The notes below the pieces were generated by a model, which had not been told where the DNA came from, did not search any database, and saw nothing but the letters and a program-made list of their open reading frames with translations. This document shows, in pieces, positions 21,785 to 31,866 of a stretch of DNA of 64,000 nt. The DNA is from Escherichia coli (GTDB lineage Bacteria; Pseudomonadota; Gammaproteobacteria; Enterobacterales; Enterobacteriaceae): assembly GCF_965641715.1 (NCBI RefSeq), contig NZ_OZ282453.1; one strand, written 5' to 3'. Within the stretch, counting starts at the first letter, position 1; every line of letters starts with the position of its first letter. Made by a program: the position numbers and the translations under genes.

Positions 21785-21925
21785 GCCCCTCCCGAGGAAG
21801 GGGCCTTAAATAAGGAAAGGGTCATGATGAAGCTACTCATCATCGTGGTGCTCTTAGTCATAAGCTTCCCCGCTTACTAAGACTACCAGGGCGGGGGAAC
21901 CCCCGCTCTACCCTCATTCCTGAAA
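21785..21925 (-). ncRNA. Sib-family antisense sRNA, copy 3; boundaries approximate
   Basis: As copy 1, by repeat periodicity. Confidence 0.4.
21824..21880 (+). CDS. Ibs-family type I toxin peptide, copy 3 (MMKLLIIVVLLVISFPAY)
   Basis: 18-codon ORF at the equivalent position of repeat unit 3. Confidence 0.6.
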   Translation: MMKLLIIVVLLVISFPAY

Positions 21926-22112
21926 GTATGCCTTCACGGTCAGATTGTCAATCTGCAGGCTTTGCAGTCTGCGATCCTGCCAGCAAATATTCTTTGCGAG
22001 ACGTTACGCAATAATCACACTGGAAACTATTTTATCCGCAAGTCAGCGATAGACTGCATGCATGGCGAAAGGAGGTAAGCCGACGATTTCAGCGGGATGC
22101 TGAAACGGGAAA

Positions 22113-22256
22113 GCCCCTCCCGAGGAAGGGGCCTTAAATAAGGAAAGGGTTATGATGAAGCACGTCATCATACTGGTGATACTCTTAGTGATTAGCTTCC
22201 AGGCTTACTAAGAACACCAGGGGGAGGGGGAAACCTCTCCTAACCCTCACTTCTGA
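22113..22256 (-). ncRNA. Sib-family antisense sRNA, copy 4; boundaries approximate
   Basis: As copy 1, by repeat periodicity. Confidence 0.4.
22152..22211 (+). CDS. Ibs-family type I toxin peptide, copy 4 (MMKHVIILVILLVISFQAY)
   Basis: 19-codon ORF in the most diverged, yegL-proximal repeat unit; closest to K-12 IbsA as I recall it. Confidence 0.6.
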   Translation: MMKHVIILVILLVISFQAY

Positions 22257-22430
22257 AATTATGTCACTCCGCCCTTAGTGTCAATCGACGGCTCTCCGTT
22301 CTTGCGAGGCGAATAGCAAAATTTTCTGCGCCGCCGGGCCTAATTCTGAAAGTTTCTTCGTTTGCTCTTATTTCATTATTGCAATCGGTATGATACCGGA
22401 CCTCAATAATTCTCTAAGAAAGGATTTCTT

Positions 22431-23090
22431 ATGAGCGAACAAATCACGTTTGCCACCAGCGATTTTGCCAGTAACCCGGAACCACGTTGCCCCTGCATTC
22501 TGCTGCTGGATGTATCTGGCTCGATGAGCGGCAGACCTATTAATGAACTTAACGCCGGATTGGTTACCTTTCGTGATGAACTGCTTGCTGATCCGCTGGC
22601 TTTAAAAAGAGTGGAACTCGGCATTGTGACGTTCGGCCCGGTGCATGTGGAACAACCCTTTACCAGCGCCGCTAACTTTTTCCCGCCCATCCTGTTTGCC
22701 CAGGGGGATACGCCTATGGGGGCCGCCATTACCAAAGCCCTGGATATGGTTGAAGAGAGGAAACGTGAGTACCGCGCAAATGGTATTTCGTATTATCGCC
22801 CGTGGATTTTCCTGATCACCGATGGCGCTCCAACCGATGAGTGGCAGGCTGCCGCCAACAAAGTGTTTCAGGGGGAAGAAGATAAGAAGTTTGCCTTCTT
22901 TTCCATCGGTGTTCAGGGGGCGGATATGAAGACTCTGGCACAAATCAGCGTTCGTCAGCCTTTGCCACTGCAGGGATTACAATTCCGTGAACTGTTTAGC
23001 TGGTTATCCAGTTCGCTGCGTTCGGTTTCCCGCTCCACGCCGGGAACGGAAGTTGTGCTGGAAGCGCCAAAAGGCTGGACGTCAGTGTGA
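22431..23090 (+). CDS. yegL: von Willebrand factor A (vWA) domain protein YegL (TerY-like)
   Basis: 219-aa ORF with vWA/MIDAS-type DxSxS motif ([11 protein letters not shown]); first gene of a three-gene overlapping operon. Confidence 0.9.
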   Translation: MSEQITFATSDFASNPEPRCPCILLLDVSGSMSGRPINELNAGLVTFRDELLADPLALKRVELGIVTFGPVHVEQPFTSAANFFPPILFAQGDTPMGAAITKALDMVEERKREYRANGISYYRPWIFLITDGAPTDEWQAAANKVFQGEEDKKFAFFSIGVQGADMKTLAQISVRQPLPLQGLQFRELFSWLSSSLRSVSRSTPGTEVVLEAPKGWTSV

Positions 23091-23848
23091 GCTGGCGTCT
23101 GGTTTATGCATCCGCTGTTGGAACGTTGCACATTAGCGCTGATTTACCTTGTCAGGATGCCTGCCAGATGCAGGTTGCTTGGCTAAATGACCAGCAGCCA
23201 TTACTGGTGATGTTCCTTGCTGATGGCGCAGGTAGCGTTTCGCAGGGAGGAGAAGGCGCGAAGCTCGCCGTCAATGAAGCGATGGCGTTTATGGTGCAAA
23301 AAGTACAGGACGGTGAATTGGGGCTTAATGATGTTCTCGCCACAAATATGGTACTGACCATTCGTCAACGACTTTTTGCCGAGGCAGAAGCCAAAGCATT
23401 AGCAGTTCGCGATTTTGCCTGCACGTTTCTGGGATTGATTTCATCGGATAACGGCACATTGATTATGCAAATTGGCGACGGCGGTGTAGTGGTGGATTTG
23501 GGTCGTGGTCTGGAACTGCCGCTCACGCCGATGGTGGGTGAATATGCCAATATGACGCATTTCATTAGCGATGAAGATGCTGTTTCCAGACTGGAAACTT
23601 TCACCAGCACTGAGCGTGCGCATAAAGTTGCAGCATTTACGGATGGTATTCAGCGACTGGCGTTAAATATGCTGGATAATTCTCCTCATGTGCCTTTCTT
23701 TACCCCGTTTTTCAATGGACTGGCGTCAGCAACGCAGGAACAACTCGATTTATTACCTGAATTGTTAAAGCAGTTTTTGTCCAGCCCGGCGGTAAACGAG
23801 CGTACCGATGATGATAAAACGTTGGCACTGGCGCTGTGGTTACCATGA
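23087..23848 (+). CDS. yegK: PP2C-like protein phosphatase YegK
   Basis: 253-aa ORF; GTG start overlaps yegL stop (GTGA); recognised as E. coli YegK. Confidence 0.85.
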   Translation: MSWRLVYASAVGTLHISADLPCQDACQMQVAWLNDQQPLLVMFLADGAGSVSQGGEGAKLAVNEAMAFMVQKVQDGELGLNDVLATNMVLTIRQRLFAEAEAKALAVRDFACTFLGLISSDNGTLIMQIGDGGVVVDLGRGLELPLTPMVGEYANMTHFISDEDAVSRLETFTSTERAHKVAAFTDGIQRLALNMLDNSPHVPFFTPFFNGLASATQEQLDLLPELLKQFLSSPAVNERTDDDKTLALALWLP

Positions 23849-25785
23849 AACCCACTTTATATACTGCTACTGGTGAGTGCGTTACGCCAGGCCGTGAACT
23901 GGGCAAAGGCGGTGAAGGTGCGGTTTATGATATCGAGGAGTTTGCCGATAGCGTCGCCAAGATTTATCACACGCCGCCACCCGCCTTAAAACAGGACAAA
24001 CTTGCCTTTATGGCTGCGACAGCTGACGCGCAGTTGTTGAATTATGTCGCCTGGCCGCAGGCAACGCTTCACGGTGGACGAGGCGGAAAAGTTATCGGTT
24101 TTATGATGCCAAAAGTTTCTGGTAAAGAACCGATTCATATGATCTATAGCCCGGCACATCGTCGCCAGAGTTACCCTCATTGTGCGTGGGATTTTCTACT
24201 CTATGTTGCGCGCAATATTGCTTCATCTTTTGCTACGGTTCACGAGCACGGGCACGTCGTGGGTGACGTAAACCAGAACAGCTTTATGGTAGGTCGCGAC
24301 AGCAAAGTGGTGTTGATCGATAGTGACTCCTTTCAGATTAACGCCAATGGCACACTGCATTTATGCGAAGTCGGCGTGTCGCATTTTACGCCGCCAGAGC
24401 TACAAACCTTGCCATCATTTGTCGGTTTTGAACGTACCGCGAATCACGATAATTTTGGCCTTGCGTTGCTGATTTTTCACGTCTTGTTTGGTGGGCGGCA
24501 TCCTTATTCTGGTGTGCCGCTTATCTCTGATGCGGGTAATGCGCTGGAGACGGATATTGCCCATTTCCGTTATGCCTACGCGTCAGATAATCAGCGACGT
24601 GGTTTAAAACCGCCGCCACGATCTATTCCGCTGTCGATGTTACCGGGAGATGTTGAAGCCATGTTTCAGCAGGCATTCACGGAAAGTGGCGTGGCAACGG
24701 GGCGTCCGACGGCAAAAGCGTGGGTAGCGGCACTTGATTTACTACGCCAACAGTTAAAGAAATGTACCGTTTCGGCAATGCATGTTTACCCCGGTCATTT
24801 GACTGACTGCCCGTGGTGTGCGCTGGATAATCAAGGCGTTATCTATTTTATTGATCTCGGCGAAGAGGTCATTACCACCAGCGGTGATTTTGTGCTGACG
24901 AAAGTCTGGGCGATGGTGATGGCGTCAGTAGCACCGCCAGCATTGCAATTGCCATTACCCGATCATTTCCAACCGACTGGCAGGCCGCTTCCTTTAGGCC
25001 TGTTACGGCGCGAATACATCATTCTGATTGAGATCGCACTGTCAGCGTTATCGCTGTTGCTTTGCGGCCTTCAGGCAGAACCGCGTTATATTATTTTGGT
25101 TCCTGTGCTGGCGGCTATCTGGATTATTGGCAGTCTGACAAGCAAAGCTTATAAAGCAGAAATCCAGCAACGCCGTGAGGCATTTAATCGCGCGAAAATG
25201 GACTATGACCATTTAGTCAGCCAGATCCAACAGTTGGGCGGGCTGGAAGGTTTTATCGCCAAACGGACGATGCTCGAAAAAATGAAGGAAGAAATTCTCG
25301 GGTTACCGGAAGAAGAAAAACGTGCTCTGGCAGCACTTCACGACACTGCAAGGGAACGGCAGAAGCAGAAGTTTCTGGAGGGATTTTTTATTGATGCTGC
25401 CTCTATTCCCGGCGTTGGTCCTGCGCGTAAAGCGGCGTTACGGTCTTTTGGTATTGAAACAGCAGCGGATGTTACCCGTCGTGGCGTTAAGCAAGTTAAA
25501 GGGTTTGGCGACCATCTGACCCAGGCGGTTATCGACTGGAAAGCGAGCTGTGAACGCCGTTTTGTGTTCAGGCCGAACGAAGCGGTAACGCCAGCAGACA
25601 GACAGGCGGTAATGGCGAAAATGGCCGCCAAACGACATCGGCTGGAATCGGCGTTGACTGTCGGCGCGACAGAGTTGCAGCGATTCCGCCTTCATGCTCC
25701 AGCACGGACCATGCCGTTGATGGAACCGTTACGTCAGGCGGCAGAAAAACTGGCTCAGGCGCAGGCAGATTTAAGCCGCTGCTGA
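23836..25785 (+). CDS. yegI: Eukaryotic-like Ser/Thr protein kinase YegI
   Basis: 649-aa ORF (alternative ATG at about 23845); kinase-like N-terminal region, predicted TM segment mid-protein and coiled-coil C-terminal part; overlaps yegK by 13 nt. Confidence 0.9.
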   Translation: MVTMKPTLYTATGECVTPGRELGKGGEGAVYDIEEFADSVAKIYHTPPPALKQDKLAFMAATADAQLLNYVAWPQATLHGGRGGKVIGFMMPKVSGKEPIHMIYSPAHRRQSYPHCAWDFLLYVARNIASSFATVHEHGHVVGDVNQNSFMVGRDSKVVLIDSDSFQINANGTLHLCEVGVSHFTPPELQTLPSFVGFERTANHDNFGLALLIFHVLFGGRHPYSGVPLISDAGNALETDIAHFRYAYASDNQRRGLKPPPRSIPLSMLPGDVEAMFQQAFTESGVATGRPTAKAWVAALDLLRQQLKKCTVSAMHVYPGHLTDCPWCALDNQGVIYFIDLGEEVITTSGDFVLTKVWAMVMASVAPPALQLPLPDHFQPTGRPLPLGLLRREYIILIEIALSALSLLLCGLQAEPRYIILVPVLAAIWIIGSLTSKAYKAEIQQRREAFNRAKMDYDHLVSQIQQLGGLEGFIAKRTMLEKMKEEILGLPEEEKRALAALHDTARERQKQKFLEGFFIDAASIPGVGPARKAALRSFGIETAADVTRRGVKQVKGFGDHLTQAVIDWKASCERRFVFRPNEAVTPADRQAVMAKMAAKRHRLESALTVGATELQRFRLHAPARTMPLMEPLRQAAEKLAQAQADLSRC

Positions 25786-25796
25786 GCCATTTTCTT

Positions 25797-27149
25797 TTAA
25801 CGAAATACCACTTCCGCCCAGCGTGCCAGCCCGGCGGTGACGGAGCCAAAGTCATCGCCGCCTGCAATCGGAATGCCCGGCAACTGTTCTGCCAGCGCTT
25901 TTTTAATCAGCGGCGAACGGGCGCTACCGCCGGTCAGGTATATAACGTCCGGTTTTTCCTGGGCGTTATCCAGCGCCAGTTGCACCTGTTCCAGAATCCG
26001 CGCCAGTGGCTGGCTGAGGGCGCTTTCCAGCCCTTGCTGGCTAATCAGCGTAGCCAGTTCATCGCTGATAAACGGCAGTGAGGCGCGGGTTTCCGCTACG
26101 CTTGAAAGAGCGATTTTGCTCTCTTCTGCGCTGCGTACCAGGCGATAGCTTAAACGCTGACGCCAGACTTTCTGTAGCAGGGCCACTTTTTCCGGTTCGC
26201 GGGCATCGCGTACCAGATCGTTAAGCAGACGACCGTTGGCACTACTGTAGAAATCACTCTGCGCAGGTACGTCGTTGATGGCAACCGCATTCCACCACGG
26301 CAGAATCGGCAGGGCGATGCCTTTTTCGGTTTCGCCACCCATGCCCAGTAACGGCATCAGGTTTTTAAACGCCAGCGCGATATCCAGATCGTTACCGCCA
26401 ATACGGCAACCACTGTGACCCAGCAGGCTGGCTTCACGATCGAGACGCGAACGCCACTGCGGCCCCATCAGCAGCAATGAACAGTCAGTCGTACCACCGC
26501 CGATATCCACCACCAGCACCCGTTTTTCTTCCTGCAAGGTGGCTTCGTAATCCAGCCCAGCCGCGACCGGCTCGTACTGGAATACCACGTCCCTGAATCC
26601 GGCACGCTTCGCCGCGCGTTCCAGAATCCCTTGCGCCTGGGCGTTTGCTTCATCGCCGCCCAGCCCCTGGAAGTTGATCGGGCGACCAATCACCGCCTGA
26701 GTAATCGTTTCTGGCAGCTGTGCCTGCGCCTGCTGGCGAATGTGCAACATCATTGCGCAGACCAGATCCTCAAACAGCGCTACCTGCTGCGGTTTTAAGC
26801 CGCTGGCACCGAGGAACGATTTTGGTGATTTCACAAACCACACTTCTTCCGGATCATCAATGTACTGTGCCAGTGAGGAAAGACCGAACTGCACGCTTTT
26901 CGCCGTAACATCGATATCTTCTTCGCGGTTATAACGAATCGCCCGACGCAACAGCGCCTGCGTTTCATCGTCGTCTGCCGGAACATCATGATGGCGGTAC
27001 AGCCATTCGCTTACCGCTTCACGCGTTGGCGCGCAAAGCATTGAAGGCAGCAGCGTGCTGTCGTTTTCCATTTTTAGCAAGTGCGGTTTACCGTCACGCA
27101 TGACCGCCACTGAACAGTTTGCTGTACCGTAATCAAAACCAATAAACAC
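25797..27149 (-). CDS. yegD: Hsp70/actin-fold ATPase chaperone homologue YegD
   Basis: 450-aa product from GTG start (VFIGFDYGTANCSVAV...) inside track ORF 25797-27212; Hsp70-like phosphate loops (DIGGGTTD). Confidence 0.9.
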   Translation of the reverse strand: MFIGFDYGTANCSVAVMRDGKPHLLKMENDSTLLPSMLCAPTREAVSEWLYRHHDVPADDDETQALLRRAIRYNREEDIDVTAKSVQFGLSSLAQYIDDPEEVWFVKSPKSFLGASGLKPQQVALFEDLVCAMMLHIRQQAQAQLPETITQAVIGRPINFQGLGGDEANAQAQGILERAAKRAGFRDVVFQYEPVAAGLDYEATLQEEKRVLVVDIGGGTTDCSLLLMGPQWRSRLDREASLLGHSGCRIGGNDLDIALAFKNLMPLLGMGGETEKGIALPILPWWNAVAINDVPAQSDFYSSANGRLLNDLVRDAREPEKVALLQKVWRQRLSYRLVRSAEESKIALSSVAETRASLPFISDELATLISQQGLESALSQPLARILEQVQLALDNAQEKPDVIYLTGGSARSPLIKKALAEQLPGIPIAGGDDFGSVTAGLARWAEVVFR

Positions 27150-27282
27150 GAAATAATCCCCATGCCGGTGAAGAAGGGGCGTGACTTTAGCGAAATGTTG
27201 CCGTCGCGACAACCGGAATATGAAAGCAAAGCGCAGCGTCTGAATAACGTTTATGCTGAAAGCGGATGAATAAGGAGATGCG

Positions 27283-28131
27283 ATGTATACCCTGAACTGG
27301 CAGCCGCCGTATGACTGGTCGTGGATGTTGGGATTTCTCGCCGCCCGTGCAGTGAGCGGTGTGGAAACGGTCGCGGACAGTTATTATGCCCGTAGTCTGG
27401 CGGTGGGCGAATATCGCGGCGTGGTGACTGCTATTCCGGATATAGCCCGCCATACTCTGCACATAAATTTAAGTGCAGGTTTAGAACCTGTTGCCGCAGA
27501 GTGTCTGGCGAAAATGAGCCGCCTGTTTGATCTGCAATGTAACCCGCAGATTGTTAACGGTGCGTTGGGCAGGTTAGGCGCGGCGCGGCCCGGATTGCGT
27601 TTACCCGGCTGTGTTGATGCTTTTGAGCAGGGCGTGCGGGCGATTTTAGGCCAACTGGTGAGCGTGGCGATGGCGGCAAAATTGACTGCCAAAGTGGTAC
27701 AACTTTATGGCGAACGGCTGGATGATTTTCCGGAGTATATCTGCTTCCCCACGCCTCAGCGGCTGGCAGCAGCCGACCCGCAGGCATTAAAAGCGTTAGG
27801 CATGCCGTTGAAACGGGCAGAGGCGCTGATTCATCTGGCAAATGCGGCGCTGGAGGGCACCTTACCAATGACAATACCGGGCGACGTAGAACAAGCGATG
27901 AAAACGCTGCAAACTTTTCCGGGTATCGGGCGCTGGACGGCGAATTATTTCGCTTTACGTGGCTGGCAGGCGAAAGATGTTTTCCTGCCGGATGATTATC
28001 TGATTAAACAGCGATTTCCGGGAATGACACCGGCGCAAATCCGCCGTTATGCCGAGCGCTGGAAGCCCTGGCGTTCTTATGCGCTGTTGCATATCTGGTA
28101 TACGGAAGGCTGGCAGCCAGACGAAGCATGA
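27283..28131 (+). CDS. alkA: 3-methyladenine DNA glycosylase II AlkA
   Basis: 282-aa ORF recognised as AlkA (MYTLNWQPPYDWSWMLGFLAARAVSGVE...), with helix-hairpin-helix region. Confidence 0.95.
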   Translation: MYTLNWQPPYDWSWMLGFLAARAVSGVETVADSYYARSLAVGEYRGVVTAIPDIARHTLHINLSAGLEPVAAECLAKMSRLFDLQCNPQIVNGALGRLGAARPGLRLPGCVDAFEQGVRAILGQLVSVAMAAKLTAKVVQLYGERLDDFPEYICFPTPQRLAAADPQALKALGMPLKRAEALIHLANAALEGTLPMTIPGDVEQAMKTLQTFPGIGRWTANYFALRGWQAKDVFLPDDYLIKQRFPGMTPAQIRRYAERWKPWRSYALLHIWYTEGWQPDEA

Positions 28132-28139
28132 CGTTGGTC

Positions 28140-28228
28140 GCCGGAAGCGGTGCGAGCGCCTTGCGGAATGAGCGATTTGTAGGCCTGATAAGACGCGTTA
28201 GCGTCGCATCAGGCAATGGGCAAACGCT
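28140..28228. repeat. REP (repetitive extragenic palindromic) element(s) between convergent alkA and dgcE
   Basis: Characteristic REP motifs GCCTGATAAGACGCG...CGTCGCATCAGGC. Confidence 0.75.
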
Positions 28229-28231
28229 CCC

Positions 28232-31200
28232 TCAGTTAATCGCGAAATAACTACTATTCACCAGCAAATCCAGCGGTTGGGCATCGGCAATCACATTACC
28301 ATAAATCAGATCGACGCCGATGCCAGAAAGCGTATCCATCACTAAGGGTAAAACGACTGGCCCGGCGATGGTTTTCATCCCGAGTCGCTGAGCGTGCCCC
28401 TGAATAATCGTAATCAGCATCTCATCCATCAAATTACCCTGCACGTTGGCGCATAACTCATCATCGAGTAGCAGGTAATCTGCCATATTCGCTTTCAGCG
28501 AGTTGAAGATTTGCAGATCGCGGCCCACCTGACTGAATATGATCCGACATCCCCCCAGCCGCAGTTTTTGCACGCTTTCTGCGTGATCTAAAATCGCTTC
28601 AGCCGGAATAATCAGATGTAATAACCGTGGTGGTAGAGGGCTATTTTCCAGCTGCTCAAGCAGGTCATTCACCAGCATGGCGCTACTCAAACCGGCAACG
28701 GAAAGGGGGAGGGCGATGCTTATGCCTTTACTGGCAACCGCTTTTGCGGCCTGCTGGAAAAATTCGTGGAATACCCGGCGGTCAAGAGCATGGCTAAGCG
28801 CCGGATCGCTGAAGCTACGACGAAATGTTTGTTCATCAATAATCTCGCCTTCGCAACTCCAGAGCTTAAGTGAAATCAGCCACAAATTACGCGCTTCCGG
28901 GATCCGTGGCGAAGCGACACCGTGGGCGAGCATCATCAACTGATTCTCTTTAATCATACGCCACTGTTCATCAAGCGACATCGCCGCCCGTTCGCTATGT
29001 GCGGCAGCTTGCTGCGGTTCGTAAACCGTCACCCGGCCCCGGCCACCATTTTTGGAGGCATAACAGGCGATATCAGCCTGCGACATCACTTCTGCCGCCT
29101 GATGATTGTTGTCATCGATCAAGGTAATCCCGGCGCTGGCACCTACCCGATGTACCCGGCCTTCCCATATAAAGTGATAGTCATTCACAGCACTGATAAT
29201 ACGTGTAGCGATAAAACGAGCGCTTTCAACATTGCAGTCTGGCAGCAGCAGACCAAATTCATCACCGCCGAGCCGCGCCAGCACGTCACTGGAGCGCAGC
29301 ATACTCAGCATCAACGACGCCAGTTCGCGCAGCAAAGCGTCGCCCGCCGCATGCCCGGCGCTGTCATTCACCGCTTTAAAGCGATCAAGATCGATAAACA
29401 CCAGTGCATGTCGCTGATGCGTACTGTTTACCGTTTGCAGCAGGATACGCAGTTGTTTCTCAAAACTGGCGCGGTTGGCGAGATGCGTCAGTGCATCATG
29501 GGAGGCGCTGTAGCTCAGCTGGCGCAGCATTTTGCGTGATTCGGTGACGTCCTGAATCACCAGAACCGAGCCTATATTGCTGCCGTCCAGAGTACTTAAC
29601 GGCGTAATACTGTAATGCACGTCGTAGCTGCCGCCGCTCCGGCAGTGCAATACCACATCTTGTTCAATCGCGGAACGTGAGGTGTCGGCACTGTAAATGT
29701 TCTCCATTAATGGTCCGTTGTCGCCAAAAGTAATATGCAACACCGTCAGGAGCGGAACACCTAATGCTTCTTCCTGCGTCCAGCCGCTCATCTTCTCCGC
29801 CACTGGATTCATAAAGGTAATTTTCATCGCCATATCAATACAGACCACGGCTTCACCGATGGAATCAAGCGTAATGTGCAGGCGCTCTTTTTCCTGAAAC
29901 AATGCCTCGTTAAGCTGTTTAACCTCGGTCATATCCATATTAATGCCGAGCAGACGTTCGACTTCGCCTTCTTTATTCAGTACCCGGTTGGCGAGGGCGC
30001 GGATATGGCGGATGCCATCTTTCACGGCAATGCGAAATTCCAGCTTAAAGGGCGAGCGCGATTGCAATGAATCGCGAATCACTTTTTCGGCGTGTTGCCG
30101 ATCTTCCGGCAGCACGCACTCGTACCACACCTGCCAGTTCGGTTTGATATGCGGAGGAATTTCATACAGCTCGAACATCCGCTTATCCCAGCTAAAAATA
30201 TTCGGCTTCAGCTCCCACTCCCAGATGCCAATCCCGCCCGCTTCGTTAGCCAGCGTGATGCGCTCCATCAGTTGCTGATTGACCTGTTCGGTGCGTTTTA
30301 GCTCGTTAATGTCTTCAATCTGAGCGATAAAATAGAGCGGCGTGCCATCCGTGTGGCGCACCAGAGAGACGGCAAGCAACGCCCAGACAACATCGCCATT
30401 GCGGTTGTAGTAACGTTTTTCCATTGAATAGGTGTTTATTTCACCGCTTATCAGCTTTTCAACCTGTTGGAGATCTTTATTGAGATCCTCCGGCCAGGTC
30501 AGTTGCTGAAAGGTGAGTCCGCGCAGCTCTTCCTGACTGTAACCGAGAAACTGGCAGAGTGCTTTGTTGGATTGCAGCCATTGTCCCTCGGTGCCCACTA
30601 ACGCCATACCGATAGCGGAATATTCCATCGCGTTTCGAAAGCGGGTTTCGCTTTCGGAAATGTGTTTGCGTTCCGCACGAAAGGCATACATCACCATGGT
30701 CATGATGTTGGCGGGCAGCAGGATCAGCAAAAACGGTAGCCACGGCATATGGCTCATCAGGTATGTACGCGGCGTAGCAAGCAGGGAGGGATCCGCGGCC
30801 ATCATCAGCGACACCATCATCACCGTGGTAAGGAAGATCAAAAAGGCTTCCATTCGTGGCAGGCGCACGGCGCTCCACATCAACAGCACAATAATGAAAG
30901 TAAAAGGCCACGGCAGATACAGCATCGAAAGCCAGCTTAACGTCAGTGTGATGGCTAACGTGAGCAGCGACTCAAAAAGCAACCTTGGGTTGCGATGGCG
31001 CAGCAGATAGTGTGGTTTAAATAACAATCCCAGCGGCACCAATGCCAGGGCGCCGATGGATTCTGACAGTACCCATATCAAAAATGCCTTGAGAGGATCG
31101 TCTCCGGGCGTCAGCAGGACAACCAGAACACCCCCTAACAGAGGTGGAACAATGGCGCTGCCGAATGCCAGACGCAGCCAGTCAGCCAGATTTTGCAAGG

Positions 31201-31549
31201 GGTTATACCACGGCAGCAATTTACGTAGCAGCACTGCCCCGACCACGGCTTCAACAATATTGATGGTCGTCCAGGTCATGTTCAGCGAGCTGGTGGAAAA
31301 AAGCAGGATGGATGCGGCGATATTTCCCAGCGAACAGCTCAGCGCAATTCCCGGCCACATGCGCCCGGCATGGCGATAAAACGCCACCATCATGATGGAC
31401 GTCGGGAACCACAGTGGGGCGAGTTGGGTGCCAAACTGCGAAAGCTCAAGCGAGAAAAGGGTAAAGATAAACGAGACTAAACCTAAACTGACCAGGTGAA
31501 GCAGCGGGTGGGGCAGGGCAATTAATACATGCTGTGATTGTTTGCTCAT
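28232..31549 (-). CDS. dgcE: Diguanylate cyclase DgcE (YegE): MASE1 membrane domain, PAS domains, GGDEF, degenerate EAL
   Basis: 1105-aa ORF with N-terminal polytopic region, PAS repeats, GGDEF motif (RLGGDEFGLLL) and C-terminal EAL-like domain. Confidence 0.95.
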   Translation of the reverse strand: MSKQSQHVLIALPHPLLHLVSLGLVSFIFTLFSLELSQFGTQLAPLWFPTSIMMVAFYRHAGRMWPGIALSCSLGNIAASILLFSTSSLNMTWTTINIVEAVVGAVLLRKLLPWYNPLQNLADWLRLAFGSAIVPPLLGGVLVVLLTPGDDPLKAFLIWVLSESIGALALVPLGLLFKPHYLLRHRNPRLLFESLLTLAITLTLSWLSMLYLPWPFTFIIVLLMWSAVRLPRMEAFLIFLTTVMMVSLMMAADPSLLATPRTYLMSHMPWLPFLLILLPANIMTMVMYAFRAERKHISESETRFRNAMEYSAIGMALVGTEGQWLQSNKALCQFLGYSQEELRGLTFQQLTWPEDLNKDLQQVEKLISGEINTYSMEKRYYNRNGDVVWALLAVSLVRHTDGTPLYFIAQIEDINELKRTEQVNQQLMERITLANEAGGIGIWEWELKPNIFSWDKRMFELYEIPPHIKPNWQVWYECVLPEDRQHAEKVIRDSLQSRSPFKLEFRIAVKDGIRHIRALANRVLNKEGEVERLLGINMDMTEVKQLNEALFQEKERLHITLDSIGEAVVCIDMAMKITFMNPVAEKMSGWTQEEALGVPLLTVLHITFGDNGPLMENIYSADTSRSAIEQDVVLHCRSGGSYDVHYSITPLSTLDGSNIGSVLVIQDVTESRKMLRQLSYSASHDALTHLANRASFEKQLRILLQTVNSTHQRHALVFIDLDRFKAVNDSAGHAAGDALLRELASLMLSMLRSSDVLARLGGDEFGLLLPDCNVESARFIATRIISAVNDYHFIWEGRVHRVGASAGITLIDDNNHQAAEVMSQADIACYASKNGGRGRVTVYEPQQAAAHSERAAMSLDEQWRMIKENQLMMLAHGVASPRIPEARNLWLISLKLWSCEGEIIDEQTFRRSFSDPALSHALDRRVFHEFFQQAAKAVASKGISIALPLSVAGLSSAMLVNDLLEQLENSPLPPRLLHLIIPAEAILDHAESVQKLRLGGCRIIFSQVGRDLQIFNSLKANMADYLLLDDELCANVQGNLMDEMLITIIQGHAQRLGMKTIAGPVVLPLVMDTLSGIGVDLIYGNVIADAQPLDLLVNSSYFAIN

Positions 31550-31866
31550 TACCGCTTTATCCGCAAGGCCAGGTCGCCAGTATTCGTTTCTGTGTTTATG
31601 CTAGTACAAAAGTTTTACATTTTATATGCGAATTGCTCATAAAGTGACGTAAAGGCGGATAATTTGCGCAACTGCGTATAACATTTTTTACCTTACATAA
31701 AACTAATCAACGTAATTTGCCACCGGGAATTCTTTGTCAACAATTAACTCTGAGCGCGCGGCAACGCTATTCGACTGGTATCAGGCGGATGAAATCCCTA
31801 TAATTGCCGCGTTTGGCGCTTCGTCGCCCCCTTCCTAACATCCAGGTTAATCAGGTCGCTAAATAT

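Larger units (their letters stand above)
21029..22300. repeat. Four tandem ~328-bp Ibs/Sib type I toxin-antitoxin repeat units
   Basis: Direct repeats with period about 327-328 bp (ibs ATGs near 21169, 21497, 21824, 22152); each unit contains an 18-19-codon hydrophobic ORF and a GC palindrome GCGGGGGAACCCCCGC. K-12 has two units (ibsA/sibA, ibsB/sibB) here. Confidence 0.85.

Noticed and set aside
21029-22300. Tandem repeats that could superficially suggest a CRISPR array
   Set aside because: Repeat period is about 328 bp with no short unique spacers, and each unit contains an Ibs-like peptide ORF; these are Ibs/Sib toxin-antitoxin repeats, not CRISPR.
28922-29539. 205-aa plus-strand ORF (and other antisense ORFs) inside dgcE
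   Set aside because: Antisense to a 1105-aa multidomain CDS with clear GGDEF/EAL/PAS signatures; no independent support.
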